Assembly: GCA_026770705.1 (NCBI GenBank)
Contig: JANJGN010000026.1
Location: 31,186,001 to 31,250,000, forward strand
DNA length: 64,000 nt
Direction of reading: 5' to 3'
Origin: Isurus oxyrinchus
Lineage: Eukaryota
Shown piece after piece: positions 1 to 12,235 of the stretch. The notes below the pieces were generated by a model, which was not told where the DNA came from, searched no databases, and was given only the letters and a program-made list of their open reading frames with translations. The stretch's first letter is position 1. Each line of letters opens with the position of its first letter. The position numbers and the translations under genes are program-made.

Positions 1-920
1 AAAAGTAAGTTCTGACGTCACATTTGCTTCTTTTGCAAATCACTTTAAACCTGTGCCCTCTCATTCTTTATCCCTTTACAAATGGGAACAGTTTCTTCCT
101 CTCTACTCTATCCAGCCCACTCATGATGTTGAAAACTTCAATCAAATCTCCTCTCAGCCTTCTCCTCCATGGAACACAATCCCAACTTCTCCAATCTCCC
201 CTCATAACTGAAGTTTCTCATCCCTGGGAACATTCTTCTAAACCACTTCAGCAGTCTCTCCAATATATTCACATCCTTCCTATAATATGGTACAAAGAAT
301 GGTACACAATATTCCAGCTGAGGTGTAATGAGGGCTTTATATAAATGCAGCATGACCTCCCTGCTCTTGTACTCTATGCCCCTATTAATAGAGCGCAGGA
401 TACTATATGCTTTATTAACTGCTCTCTCCACCTGTCCTGCCACTTTCAAAGATCTATGCATATCTACACCCAAGTCTTTCTGCTCCTGCACTCCTTTCAA
501 AACTCCACCCCTTATTTATTTTGCCTGTCCATGTTCCTCTTACCAAAATGCATCACCTCACACTTCTCCACATTGAATTTCATCTGCCACCTATCTGCCC
601 ACTTCACCAACTTGTCTGTGTTCTCTTGAAGTCCCACACCATTCCCCTGGCAGTTTGCAACACTCCCAAGCTTCGTATCATCCGCAAACTTTCAAATTGT
701 CTCCTGCACACCAATGCCTAGATGGTTAATATATATCAGGAAAAGCAAGGGTCCCAATACCGACCCCTGGGGAACTGCACTACAAACATTCCTCCAGCCC
801 GAAAAATATTAATTGACCATTACGCCCTGCTTCCTTTTTTTCAGCTAATTTGGTATCCACATTGCTTCTGTCCCTTTTATTCCATGAGCAATAACTTTTC
901 CCACAATTTGGTTGTCAGAT
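1..920 (-). mobile_element. CR1-type LINE fragment (RT C-terminal part), decayed
   Basis: Minus ORF 138..500 has DLGV..HRSLK, INRGIEYKSREVM..LYKAL..PQLEYCV; PQGSVLG motif encoded on minus near 750-780. Confidence 0.9.
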
Positions 921-1199
921 AAATCCTAATATAATACAAACGGAAGCTTTGTGCAATGCAACAGAAGCTCAGGAATTGTCACTTGCAGTATATATAGAGG
1001 CATGGCTATGTGCATTAATAAATGAAGCATCATATAATATAGTAGAGATAGAGACATAGTCTAGTGCAGTAATAACTGAGAAAAGGTCAATTGTAGTGTA
1101 TATAGAAACATTGTCCAGTGCATTAATAAGTTAAACTGCAGATAGCATTATATACACAGATACAATGCTGAGAGAAAGATAAAAGGAGAAATGGTAAAT

Positions 1200-1850
1200 A
1201 ATTGGGAAAACTAATAGAATGTTATAATTTATTGCAAGAGGAATTAAATACAAATGTATGGAAGTTATGCTTCAGCTATACGGGGCACCCGTGAGATCAT
1301 GTTTCATGTATTGTCTACTGTATTGGTCACCTTATTTAAGGAAGGATGTAAATGTGTTGTAAGAGGTTCAGAGAACGTTTATTAGACTAACACTTGGAAT
1401 GGGTGGGTTGCCTAATGAGGAATGGTTGGACAGACTAGGCTTATGTCTTCTGGAGTTTAGAAGAGTAAGAGGTGACGACTGAAATATATAAGATCCTGAG
1501 TAGTCTTGACAGGGTGGATGTGGAGAGGATGTTTCCTCTTGTGGGAGAATCTAGAACTAGGGGTCACTGTTTAAAAATAAGAGGTCGCCCATGTAAAACA
1601 GAGATGAGGCGAATATTTTCACTCTCAGGGTTGTGAGTCTTTGGGACTCGCTCCCTAAAAAGGCAGTGGAAGCAGAGCCTTGAGGCAGAGGTGGATAGAT
1701 TCTTGCTAAGCAAGGGGGTGATAAGTTATCGGGGGTCGGCAGGATGCAGATTTCATGTTACTATCCGTTCAGCCATGATATTATTAAATGGTGGAGCAAG
1801 CTCGAGGGGCTGAATGGCCTACTCATGCTCATTGTTCGTATGCTCGTGTG
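1200..1850 (+). mobile_element. CR1-type LINE 3' fragment
   Basis: Contains typical CR1 3' sequence (tctggagtttagaagagtaagaggtgac; gatgtttcctcttgtgggagaatctagaactagggg; gaggggctgaatggcctactc); homologous to 60140-60600. Confidence 0.85.
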
Positions 1851-2529
1851 ATCGTATGGTCCGGTACAGTCATCAGTGAGACAAGTTCAGCAGGTCAAGG
1901 GCAGTGATAACTGAAGCATGGTTCAGTGTAAAACAACGAAACACAATTTGCAGTGAAATATAAATTAAAACATGGTTGTGCTACAGTGCGAACTGGATAA
2001 GGGTTAATTGGAGTGTGCACAGAAGCACGGCCTAACGTAGTAATAATTGGCTCATGATATGCATGATATAAACTGCAGCAGCGCCAGGTGCAGTGATAAC
2101 TGGGAAAGGACCAATTGCAACACAAGTAGAGATATGGACGGCTGCAATAATAAACAAGATAAGGCCCATTGTACTATTAGCAATGACGTTCACCTGTACA
2201 ACAATAACTTAAGCAAAGTGTAATCTAGCATTTACAGTTACAAATGAGGGTGTGAAATAAATTGAACAGGGGATGTATAGGAATTATTAAAACAGGGCCT
2301 CGATTGACATAAGCTGAGGCAGGGTCTAGTGCAGTGATTCCTGATACAGGGCCTGGATTATTATAGGCTGAGACAGGGCCTAGTGCAGTGAGTACTGATA
2401 CAGGGTTTAGATTGATATAAATTGAGACAGGGTCTAGTGAAGTAATTACTTATACAGGGCCGAGATTAATGTCAACGGAGGAAGGGTCCAATGCAGTAAT
2501 TACTAATACAGGATCAAGGTTGATATAAA

Positions 2530-3838
2530 AACAGAAAATGCTGGAAAAACGCCATTCCATTCTCTTAGTTCGTTCGCCTCCTTCACATCTGTTCCGATGA
2601 TGCCACTATCCAAAATGATGCTTCTGACATGCCTTTCTTATTCCTTAACCAAGGTTACCCACCCACTGTGGTTGACAGGGCCCTCAACTGTGTCCGACCC
2701 ATCTCCCGCATCCCTGCTTTCACACATTCCCCTCTCTCCCAGAATCATGATAAGGTCCTCCTTTTCCTCATATTTCATCCCACCACCCCCACATTTGAAG
2801 GATCATCCTCCATCTTTTCTGCTAATCCCAACATGATGCCACCACCAAACACACCTTCCCCTCACCACTCCACCCCCACCCCTGTCAGCATTCCACAGGG
2901 ACCGTTCCCTCCGAGACACCCTGGTCCACTCCTCCATCATCCGCAACACCTCATAGCTTCCCATGGCACCTTCCCAAGCAATCAGAGAAGATGCAACACC
3001 TGCCCCTTTACCTCCTCCCTCCTCACCGTCCAAGGGCCCAAACATTACTTTCAGGTGAAGCACCACTTCATTGCACCTCCTTCAATTTGGTCGACTGCAT
3101 TCGATGCTCCCAATGCTGTCTCCTCTAGATTGGGGACACCAAACACAGATTGGCAGGCTGCTTTGTAGAACACCTTCGGTCTATCTGCAAGCATGACCTA
3201 GTCCTTCCTGTCACTTGCAATTTCAACACACCATCCTTCTCTGATACCCACATGTCCCTCTTTGACCTGCTGCATTGCCCCAGTGAAGCCAATGCAAACT
3301 GGAGGAACAGAAACTCATCTTCCGATTATGCACTTTACAGCCTTATTTATTTATTCATTGTTTTATCCTCTTTTTATCTCCTTTTTCGTTCCTTTTTATA
3401 CTGTTTTTCCCCAACCACCCCTACCACACCCCCAAAAGGGCCATCAGTTACTTATCCCATGTTGTTCTTTCACAGTGTGCTGATTCTGGCTCTGCTGTTA
3501 ACACATTCTGCTTTCTTACCTTTATGACTCTATTAGCACCTACTTTAGCCTTACTACTGCCATTAACACTCCCTTTTTCTGTTTGCCTATGATATGTTTG
3601 GCAGTGTCACCTGACTCCTACCTATTGCTTGTCTTCTATCTAGCCTGACCTGCTCCACCCCACTTAAACAGCAAATGTCATCACATTTTGACTTCTCTTT
3701 AGCTCTGAGGAAGGTCATACGGTCTCAGAAAGTTAGCTCTGCTTCTCTCACCACAGGTGCTGTCAGACCTGCTGTGATGTCCCAGCATTTTATGCTATTC
3801 TTTCAGAGTTCCAGCATCCACACTATTTTGCTTTTATC
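2530..3838 (+). mobile_element. Decayed Penelope-like element (3' part: Zn-knuckle, GIY-YIG region, pLTR)
   Basis: ORF 2629..3168 (FLNQGYPPTVVDRALN, RCNTCPF) is a frameshifted homolog of the 9156..10520 ORF. Degenerate hammerhead-like motif at ~3703-3740. Confidence 0.88.
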
Positions 3839-4523
3839 CAGATTGATATAAACTGAGACAGTGCCTAGTGCAGTGCTTACTAATGAAGGGTCTAGATTAT
3901 CATGAACTGAGACAGGGCCTAGTGCAATGCTTACTGATACAGTGATTAGATTAATGCAAACTGAGACAGGCTCATGTGCAATGATAACTGATACAGGATC
4001 TAGATTAATATAAACTGAGACATGCTTGAGTGCAGTGCTTACAGACACAGGATTTAGATTAATATAAACTGGGACAGGGTCTAGTCCAGTGTTTATAGAT
4101 ACAGGATCTTGATCAATATAAATTCACTCAATGCCCTGTGCAGTGATTACTGATACAGGGTCAAGGTTGATATACATTGAGGCAAGCCATAGTGCAGTGA
4201 TTACTCATAGCGGGCTGAGATAAAAAATAAACTAGGACAGTGTCCAGTGCAGTGATTACTGATACAGGGTCTAGATTAAATAAACTTGAGTTGCGGCCAA
4301 GTGCAGTGATTACTGTTACCAGGTCTAGGTTGATATAAACTGATGCAGGGGCTAATGCAATGATTACTCATAAAGGATCTAGACTAACATAAACTGAGAC
4401 AAGACCAAGTGCAGTGATTACTGATACATGATCTAGATCAATATAAACGAAGGCAGTGTCCAGTAGAGTGATTACTGATACAGGGTCTTGATTAATATAA
4501 ACTGAGACAAGGTATAGTGCTGC

Positions 4524-4884
4524 AGTAACTAAAACAAAATTACCTAGAAGAACTCAGCAGGTCTGGCAGCATCTGTGGGAGAGGAACACAGTTAACATTT
4601 CAAGTCCACATGACTCTTCAACAGAACTAAGGAAAAATAGAAAAGGGGTGAAATATAAGCTGGTTTAAGTGGGGGGGGGGGGGGGTGCGGTGGTGGTGGT
4701 GGGATATAAGCTAATAAGATATATTTCACCCCTTTTCTATTTTTCCTTAGTTTGTTGAAGAGTCATGCGGACTCGAAATGTTAACTGTGCTCCTCTCCCC
4801 AGATGCTGCCAGACCTGCTGAGTTTTTCCAGGTATTTTTGTTTTTGTTTTGGATTTCCAGCATCCACAGTTTTTTTGCTTTTAT
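4524..4884. mobile_element. Palindromic mini-insertion made of two inverted PLE 3' ends
   Basis: Arms ~4530-4660 and ~4718-4850 are reverse complements. Perfect 11-bp TSD TATAGTGCTGC at 4513-4523 and 4885-4895. Confidence 0.85.
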
Positions 4885-7800
4885 TATAGTGCTGCGATTA
4901 CTGATACAGGCTCTGGCTTGATGTAAACTGAAACAGGGCATTGTGCAGTGATCATTGATACAGGGTCTAGATAAATATAAACTGGGGCAGGGGCTAGTGC
5001 AATGATCACTGTTACAGTGTCTGGACTAAAATAAACGGAGGTATTGAGTTCTATCATTACTGATACAGGTTCTGGACTAATACAAACTGAGTTAAGGTCT
5101 AGTGCAGTGATTACTGATACAGGATATGGATTGATAAAAATGGAGGCATGGCATAGTGAAGTGATTACTGATACAGGGCCTAGATTAATATAAAATGAGA
5201 CAGTGTCCATTGCACTGATTATGATGCATGGTCTAGATCAATATAAACTGGGATAGGGTCTAGTGCAGTGATTACTGATACAGGGTCTGGATTAATAGAG
5301 CTTGAGACAGGCCAAGTGCAGTGATTACTGCTCGAGGGTTTAGATTGATATAAACTGATGCTGGGTCTAGTGCAGTGATTACTGACACAGGGTCTAGATC
5401 AATATAAACAGAGACAGGGGCTAGTGCAGTGATTACTGATCCAGGGTCTATATAAATATGTACTGGGATGGGGGCCATTGCAGTGATTACTGATACAGGA
5501 TCTGGACTCATAAACTGAGGCATTTTCTAGCTCTGTCATTATTGATACAGGTTGTGGACTAATATAAACTGAAACAGGGTCGAGCGAATTGGTAACTTAT
5601 ACAGAATATGGATTGATATAAGCTGAGGCAGGCCATAGTGCAGCGATTACTGATGCAGGGCCTAGATAAATAAAAATGAGGACAGTGGCTAGTGCAATGA
5701 TTACTGATACAGTGTCTGAATCAATATAAACTGAGACAGAGCCTAGTGCAATCATGACTGATGCACGGTCCAGATGATAAAGACTGAGGCAGGGCATTGT
5801 GCAGAGATTACTGATACAGGGTCTAGATTAATATAAACTGTGACAGAGCCTAGTGCAGTGATTACTGATACAGGGCCGAGGTAAATATAAAGCAGGATAG
5901 AGGCTAGTGCAGTGATTAATGATACAGGATCAGGATCAGTATAAACTGAGGCAGTGCCCATTGCAATGATTACTGATACGTGGCCTAAATTAATATGAAC
6001 TGAGGCAGGGCCTAGTGCAGCGATTACTGATTTAGGCACAGATTAATATAAACTGAGGCAGGCCATAGTGCAGTGATTACTTATTCAGAGTCTAGATCAA
6101 TGTAAACTGAGACAGGGCCTAGTGCAGTGATTACTAATAGAAGGTCTAGGTTGATATAAACTAAGTCAGGGCCTAGTGCAGTGATTACCGACATAGGGAC
6201 GAGACTAATATAAACTAGGTCAGGGGCTAGTGCAGTGATTAATGATACAGGATGAGGATCAATATAAACTGAGACAGTGTCCTTTGAAGTAATTACGGTT
6301 ACAGAACGTACATCAGTATAAACTGAGATAAGGTCCAGTGCAGTGATTAATGATGCAGGGTCTGGATTAATATAACATGAGACAGTGTCTAGTGCAGTGA
6401 TGACTGATCCAAGATCTTGATAAATATAAAATTAAGATCGTGTCTAGTGCAGTGATTACTGATACATGGTCCAGATTAATATGAACTGAGGCATAGCCTA
6501 GTGCAGCGATTACTGATTTAGGGTCTAGATTGATATAAACTAAGACAGGACATATTAACTTGATTACTGATGCAGGGTCCAGGTTAATAGCAACTGAGAG
6601 AGGGAAAAGTGCAGTGATTATAGATTCAGGGTGCAGATTATTATAACCAGAACAGGGACGAGAGCAGTGATTACTGAAACAGGGCCTTGATTAATATAAA
6701 CTGAGTCAGGCTCTTGTACAGTAATCGCTGATGCTTGGTCTGAAATAACATAACCTGAGACAGGGCCTGGTACACTGTTCACTGACACAGGGCCCAGATA
6801 AATATAACTGGGACAGGGGCTCGGGCAGTGATTACTGCTGCAGGGGCTAAATTAATATAAACTTTGATAGGGCCTAGTGCAGTGATTACTGATACAGGGT
6901 CTAGACTGATTTTAAAAAAACTGAGGCAGGACATAGTGCAGTGATTGCTGATACAGGGTACAGATTAATATAAACTGAGACAGGGCCTAGATAAATATAA
7001 GCCAGGACAAGGGCTAGTGCAGTGATTAACGATATGGGATCTGGATCAATATAAACTGAGACAGTGTCCTTCACAGTGATTACTGATTCAAGATCTAGAT
7101 CAATATCAATGGAGAAAGGGCCTAGTGCAGTGATTACTGATAGAGGCTCTGGACTAATATAAACTGAGACAGGGCCTAGTGCAGGGATTACTGATACAGG
7201 GTCTTGATTGATATAAACTGAGGCAGGGCATAGTGCAGGGATTACTGATACAGGATCGAGATTAATCTAAATTGAGACATGGTCTGGTGTGATGCTTACC
7301 GATATAGAATCAGGATCAATATATACTGAGACATGACCCAGTGCAGTGATTACTGACACATGGTCTGAATCAATATTAACTCAGACAATGTCCAGTGCAG
7401 TGAGTACTGACACAGAGCCTGGATTAATATAAACTGAGGCAAGGTCTAGTGCATTGATAACTGATACAGTGTCCAGATCAATATAAACTGAGATCGCTCC
7501 ATGTGCTGTGATTACTGATACAGGGCCTGGTTTAATATAAACTGAGTCAGGGCCAAGTGCAGTCATTACTGATACAGGATCTAAATTAATATAAACTGAG
7601 ACAGGGTCTAGTCCAGTGTTTACTGATACAGGGTTTCAATCAATATAAACTCAGACAATGCCGAGTGCACTGATTACTGATATAGGATCTAGATTTATAA
7701 AAACTGAGGTATGCTCTCATGCAGTGATTACAGACACAGGATCTAGCTTAATATAAACTGAGACAGGTTCTTGTGCAGTAATTATTGATACAGGGTCTCA

Positions 7801-9155
7801 ATCAATATAAACTCAGATAATGTCCAATGCAGCGATTACTGATACAGGTCCAAGATAAATATAAATTGAGGCAGGGCCTACTGCAGTGATTACTGATACA
7901 GGGTCTAGGTTAACAGAAACTGAGAGAGGGCCAAGTGCAGTGATTATAGATTCAGGGTGCAGATTATAATAACCAGAACAGAGACAAGTGCAGTGATTAC
8001 TGAAACAGTGTCTTGATTAATATAAACTGAGACAGGCTCTTGTGCAGTAATTACTGACCCATGGTCTGAACTAACATAAACTGAGACAGGGCCTGGTGAT
8101 GCGTTCATTGATACAGGGCCTAGATAAATATAACTGGCACAGGGACTCGGGCAGTGATTACTGATACAGGGTCTAGGTTAATATAGATATTGAGATGGGG
8201 CCTAGTTCAGGGATAACTGAAACAGGGTCTAGATTCATAAAAAAAGCTGAGGCAGGGCATGGTGCAGGGATTACTGATACCGGGCCGACATTAATATACA
8301 CTCAGAGAGGCTCAAGTGCAGTGATTGCTGATATAGAGTCCAAATTGATATAAAATGACGTAGGGTCTAGTGCAGTGATTACTGATACAGGGCCTAGATT
8401 GATATACACTGAGACAAGGCCGAGGGCCATGATTTGTGTTACAGGGTTGGATGCATATAAAATGGAACAGGGTCTAGTGCAGTGATTACTGATACAGGGT
8501 CCAGATTAATTGAACCTGAGAAACAGCCCAGTGCAGTGTTTTTAGGTTCAGGTTGCAAATTATTATTACCAGAACAGGGTTGAGTGCAGTGATTACTGAA
8601 ACAGGGTCTTGATTAATATAAACTGAGACAGGCTTTTGTGCAGTAATTACTGATACACAGTCTGAACCAACATAAAATGTGAAGTCAGCAGGTCTGGCAG
8701 CATCGGCGGAGAAGAAAAGAGTTGACGTTTCGAGTCTTCATGACCCTTCGACAGAACTTGATTTCGAGTCCAGGAAAGAGTTGAAATATAAGCTGGTTTA
8801 AGGTGTGTGGGGGGGGGGGGTGCGGAGAGAGAGAGAGAGAGACAGAGGTGCTTGTGTAGACAAACAAGCAGTGATAGAAGCAGATCATCAAAAGATGTCA
8901 GTGACAATGGGACAAAAGAACACATAGGTGTTAAAGTTAAAGTTGGTGATATTATCTAAACGAATGTGCTAATTAAGAATGGATGGTAGGGCACTCAAGG
9001 TACAGCTCTAGTGGGGGTGGGGGGAGCATAAAAGATTTTAAAATATTTAAAAATAATGGAAATAGGTGGGAAAAGAAAAATCTATAAAATTTATAGGGAA
9101 AAAAAAGGGGAAAAAAAGGGGGAAACAGAAAGGGGGTGGGGATAGGGGAGGGAGC

Positions 9156-10910
9156 TCACGACCTAAAGTTATTGAATTCAATATTCAGACCGGAAGGCTG
9201 TAAGGTGCCTAGTCGGAAGATGAGGTGTTGTTCCTCCAGTTTGCGTTGGGCTTCACTGGAACAATGCAGTAAGCCAAGGACAGACATGTGGGCAAGAGAG
9301 CAGGGTGGAGTGTTAAAATGGCAAGCGACAGGGAGGTTTGGGTCATTCTTGCGGACAGACCGCAGGTGTTCTGCAAAGCGGTCGCCCAGTTTACGTTTGG
9401 TCTCTCCAATGTAGAGGAGACCACATTGGGAGCAACGAATGCAGTAGACTAAGTTGGGGGAAATGCAAGTGAAATGCTGCTTCACTTGAAAGGAGTGTTT
9501 GGGCCCTTGGACGGTGAGGAGAGAGAAAGTGAAGGGGCAGGTGTTACATCTTTTGCGTGGGCATGGGGTGGTGCCATAGGAGGGGGTTGAGGAGTAGGGG
9601 GTGATGGAGGAGTGGACCAGGGTGTCCCGGAGGGAGCGATCCCTACGGAATGCCGATAAGGGGGGTGAAGGGAAGATGTGTTTGGTGGTGGCATCATGCT
9701 GGAGTTGGCGGAAATGGCGGAGGATGATCCTTTGAATGCGGAGGCTGGTGGGGTGATAAGTGAGGACAAGGGGGACCCTATCATGTTTCTGGGAGGGAGG
9801 AGAAGGCGTGAGGGCGGATGCGCGGGAGATGGGCCGGACACGGTTGAGGGCCCTGTCAACGACCGTCGGTGGAAAACCTCGGTTAAGGAAGAAGGAGGAC
9901 ATGTCAGAGGAACCGTTTTTGAAGGTAGCATCATCGGAACAGATGCAACGAAGGCGAAGGAACTGGGAGAATGGGATGGAGTCCTTACAGGAAGCGGGGT
10001 GTGAGGAGCTGTAGTCGAGGTAGCTGTGGGAGTCGGTGGGTTTGTAATGGATATTAGTGGACAGTCTATCACCAGAGATTGAGACAGAGAGGTCAAGGAA
10101 GGGAAGGGAAGTGTCAGAGATGGACCACGTGAAAATGATGGAGGGGTGGAGATTGGAAGCAAAATTAATAAATTTTTCCAAGTCCCGACGAGAGCATGAA
10201 GCGGCACCGAAGTAATAATCGATGTACCGGAGAAAAAGTTGTGGAAGGGGGCCGGGGTAGGACTGCAACAAGGAATGTTCCACATATCCCATAAAGAGAC
10301 AGGCATAGCTGGGGCCCATGCGGGTACCCATAGCCACACCTTTTATTTGGAGAAAGTGAGAGGAGTTGAAGGAGAAATTGTTCAACGTGAGAACAAGTTC
10401 AGCCAGACGGAGGAGAGTAGTGGTGGATGGGGATTGTTCGGGCCTCTGTTCGAGGAAGAAGCTAAGGGCCCTCAGACCATCCTGGTGGGGGATGGAGGTG
10501 TAGAGGGATTGGACGTCCATGGTGAAGAGGAAGCGGTTGGAGCCAGGGAACTGGAAATTGTTGATGTGACGTAAGGTGTCAGAGGAATCACGGATGTAGG
10601 TGGGAAGGGACTGGACAAGGGGAGAGAGAAGGGAGTCAAGATAACGAGAAATGAGTTCTGTGGGGCAGGAGCAAGCTGAGACGATCGGTCTACCGGGGCA
10701 GTTCTGTTTGTGGATTTTAGGTAGGAAATAGAAGCGGGCCGTCCGAGGTTGGGCGACTATCAGGTTGGAAGCTGTGGGAGGGAGATCCCCAGAGGAGATG
10801 AGGTCAGTGACAGTCCTGGAAACAATGGCTTGATGTTCAGTGGTGGGGTCATGGTCCAGGGAGAGGTAGGAGGAAGTGTCTGCGAGTTGACGCTCAGCCT
10901 CCGCGAGGTA
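9156..10910 (-). CDS. PLE reverse transcriptase / GIY-YIG endonuclease ORF, N-terminally truncated, catalytic YIDD changed to YIDY
   Basis: Frame stays open upstream of the listed Met, to ~10910: FYFLPKIHK..GRPIVS, MDVQSLYTSIP, GVAMGTRMGP, RYIDYY, CPRKRCNTC knuckle, LVYCIRC..CGLLYIGET..RFAEH. Confidence 0.9.
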   Translation of the reverse strand, partial: YLAEAERQLADTSSYLSLDHDPTTEHQAIVSRTVTDLISSGDLPPTASNLIVAQPRTARFYFLPKIHKQNCPGRPIVSACSCPTELISRYLDSLLSPLVQSLPTYIRDSSDTLRHINNFQFPGSNRFLFTMDVQSLYTSIPHQDGLRALSFFLEQRPEQSPSTTTLLRLAELVLTLNNFSFNSSHFLQIKGVAMGTRMGPSYACLFMGYVEHSLLQSYPGPLPQLFLRYIDYYFGAASCSRRDLEKFINFASNLHPSIIFTWSISDTSLPFLDLSVSISGDRLSTNIHYKPTDSHSYLDYSSSHPASCKDSIPFSQFLRLRCICSDDATFKNGSSDMSSFFLNRGFPPTVVDRALNRVRPISRASALTPSPPSQKHDRVPLVLTYHPTSLRIQRIILRHFRQLQHDATTKHIFPSPPLSAFRRDRSLRDTLVHSSITPYSSTPSYGTTPCPRKRCNTCPFTFSLLTVQGPKHSFQVKQHFTCISPNLVYCIRCSQCGLLYIGETKRKLGDRFAEHLRSVRKNDPNLPVACHFNTPPCSLAHMSVLGLLHCSSEAQRKLEEQHLIFRLGTLQPSGLNIEFNNFRS

Positions 10911-11375
10911 GACTTCCGATTAGGCACCTTACAGCCTTCCGGTCTGAATATTGAATTCAATAACTTTAGGTTGTGAGCTCCCTCCCCTATCCCCACCCCC
11001 TTTCTGTTTCCCCCTTTTTTTCCCCTTTTTTTTCCCTATAAATTTTATAGATTTTTCTTTTCCCACCTATTTCCATTATTTTTAAATATTTTAAAATCTT
11101 TTATGCTCCCCCCACCCCCACTAGAGCTGTACCTTGAGTGCCCTACCATCCATTCTTAATTAGCACATTCGTTTAGATAATATCACCAACTTTAACTTTA
11201 ACACCTATGTGTTCTTTTGTCCCATTGTCACTGACATCTTTTGATGATCTGCTTCTATCACTGCTTGTTTGTCTACACAAGCACCTCTGTCTCTCTCTCT
11301 CTCTCTCCGCACCCCCTCCCCCCCCACACACCTTAAACCAGCTTATATTTCAACTCTTTCCTGGACTCGAAATCA

Positions 11376-11414
11376 AGTTCTGTCGAAGGGTCATGAAGAC
11401 TCGAAACGTCAACT
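11376..11414 (+). ncRNA. Minimal type I hammerhead ribozyme motif in PLE pLTR (variant core)
   Basis: AGTT-CTGTCGA-A-GGGTC-atgaa-GACTC-GAAA-CGTC-AACT: stem I AGUU/AACU, 5-bp stem II, palindromic ACGU helix III. Mirror copy on minus at ~8720-8758. Confidence 0.7.
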
Positions 11415-12081
11415 CTTTTCTTCTCCGCCGATGCTGCCAGACCTGCTGAGTTTTTCCAGGTAATTCTGTTTTTGTTTTGGATTTCCAGCATCCGCAGTTT
11501 TGTTTTGTCTTTATAAAATGTGAAGTGTTCATTGATACAGGGCCTAGATAAATATAACTGGGACAGGAGCTCTTGCAGTGATGACTGCTGCAGGGACTAA
11601 ATTAATATAAAGTGAGACAGAGTCTAGTGCAGAGATAACAGATGTGGGACCAAGATCAATATAAACTGAGACAGGGTCTAGATCAATATCAACTGAGACA
11701 GTTTCTACTGCAGTGAATACTGATGCAGGGTCTTGATTAATAAAAATTGAGAAAGGGCCTAGTGCAGTGATTAATGTTACAGGGACTAGATTAATATCAA
11801 CTGAGACAGCCTCAAGTACAGAGATTACAGATACAGGGTCTAGATTAATATAATCTGAGACAGGTCTAGTGTAGAGATGACTGATAAATGGCCTAGCTCA
11901 ATATAAATTGAGACAGTGTCCAGTGCAGTGATTACTGACACGGGGTCTTGATTAATATAAACTGCGGAGGGCACAGTGCAGTGATTACTGATGCAGGCTC
12001 TAAATTAATGTAAACTGAGACAAGGCCGAGTATGGTGATTACTGATACAGCGTCTAGATTGATAAAAACTGAGGCAGGGCA

Positions 12082-12235
12082 GAATATAATTCAAAAATTG
12101 GCTTTGTTGTAGGAGACAGAGGATGATGACAGAAGGATGCTTTAGTTACTGGAAGCCAGTGTCCAGTGGCGTAGCACAGGGATCTGTGCTGGGTCCCCTA
12201 TTATTTGTCATTTATATAAATGACATAGATGACTA
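12082..12235 (+). mobile_element. Short CR1 fragment, duplicate of the 5' end of the 16860 insertion
   Basis: Same satellite-CR1 junction (ctgaggcaggg[c/a]agaatataattc) and cagggatctgtgctgggtccc (QGSVLGP) as at 16860-17010. Confidence 0.85.

Larger units (their letters stand above)
8686..11512 (-). mobile_element. Penelope-like retroelement (Neptune-type), 5'-truncated, with inverted pseudo-LTRs
   Basis: Near-identical inverted arms 8685-9219 and 10913-11449. 14-bp TSD ATAAAATGTGAAGT at 8672-8685 and 11513-11526. RT + GIY-YIG ORF inside. Confidence 0.95.

Noticed and set aside
9482-10574. Overlapping alternative-frame ORFs in the PLE
   Set aside because: Shadows of the GC-skewed RT frame, with no recognisable motifs.
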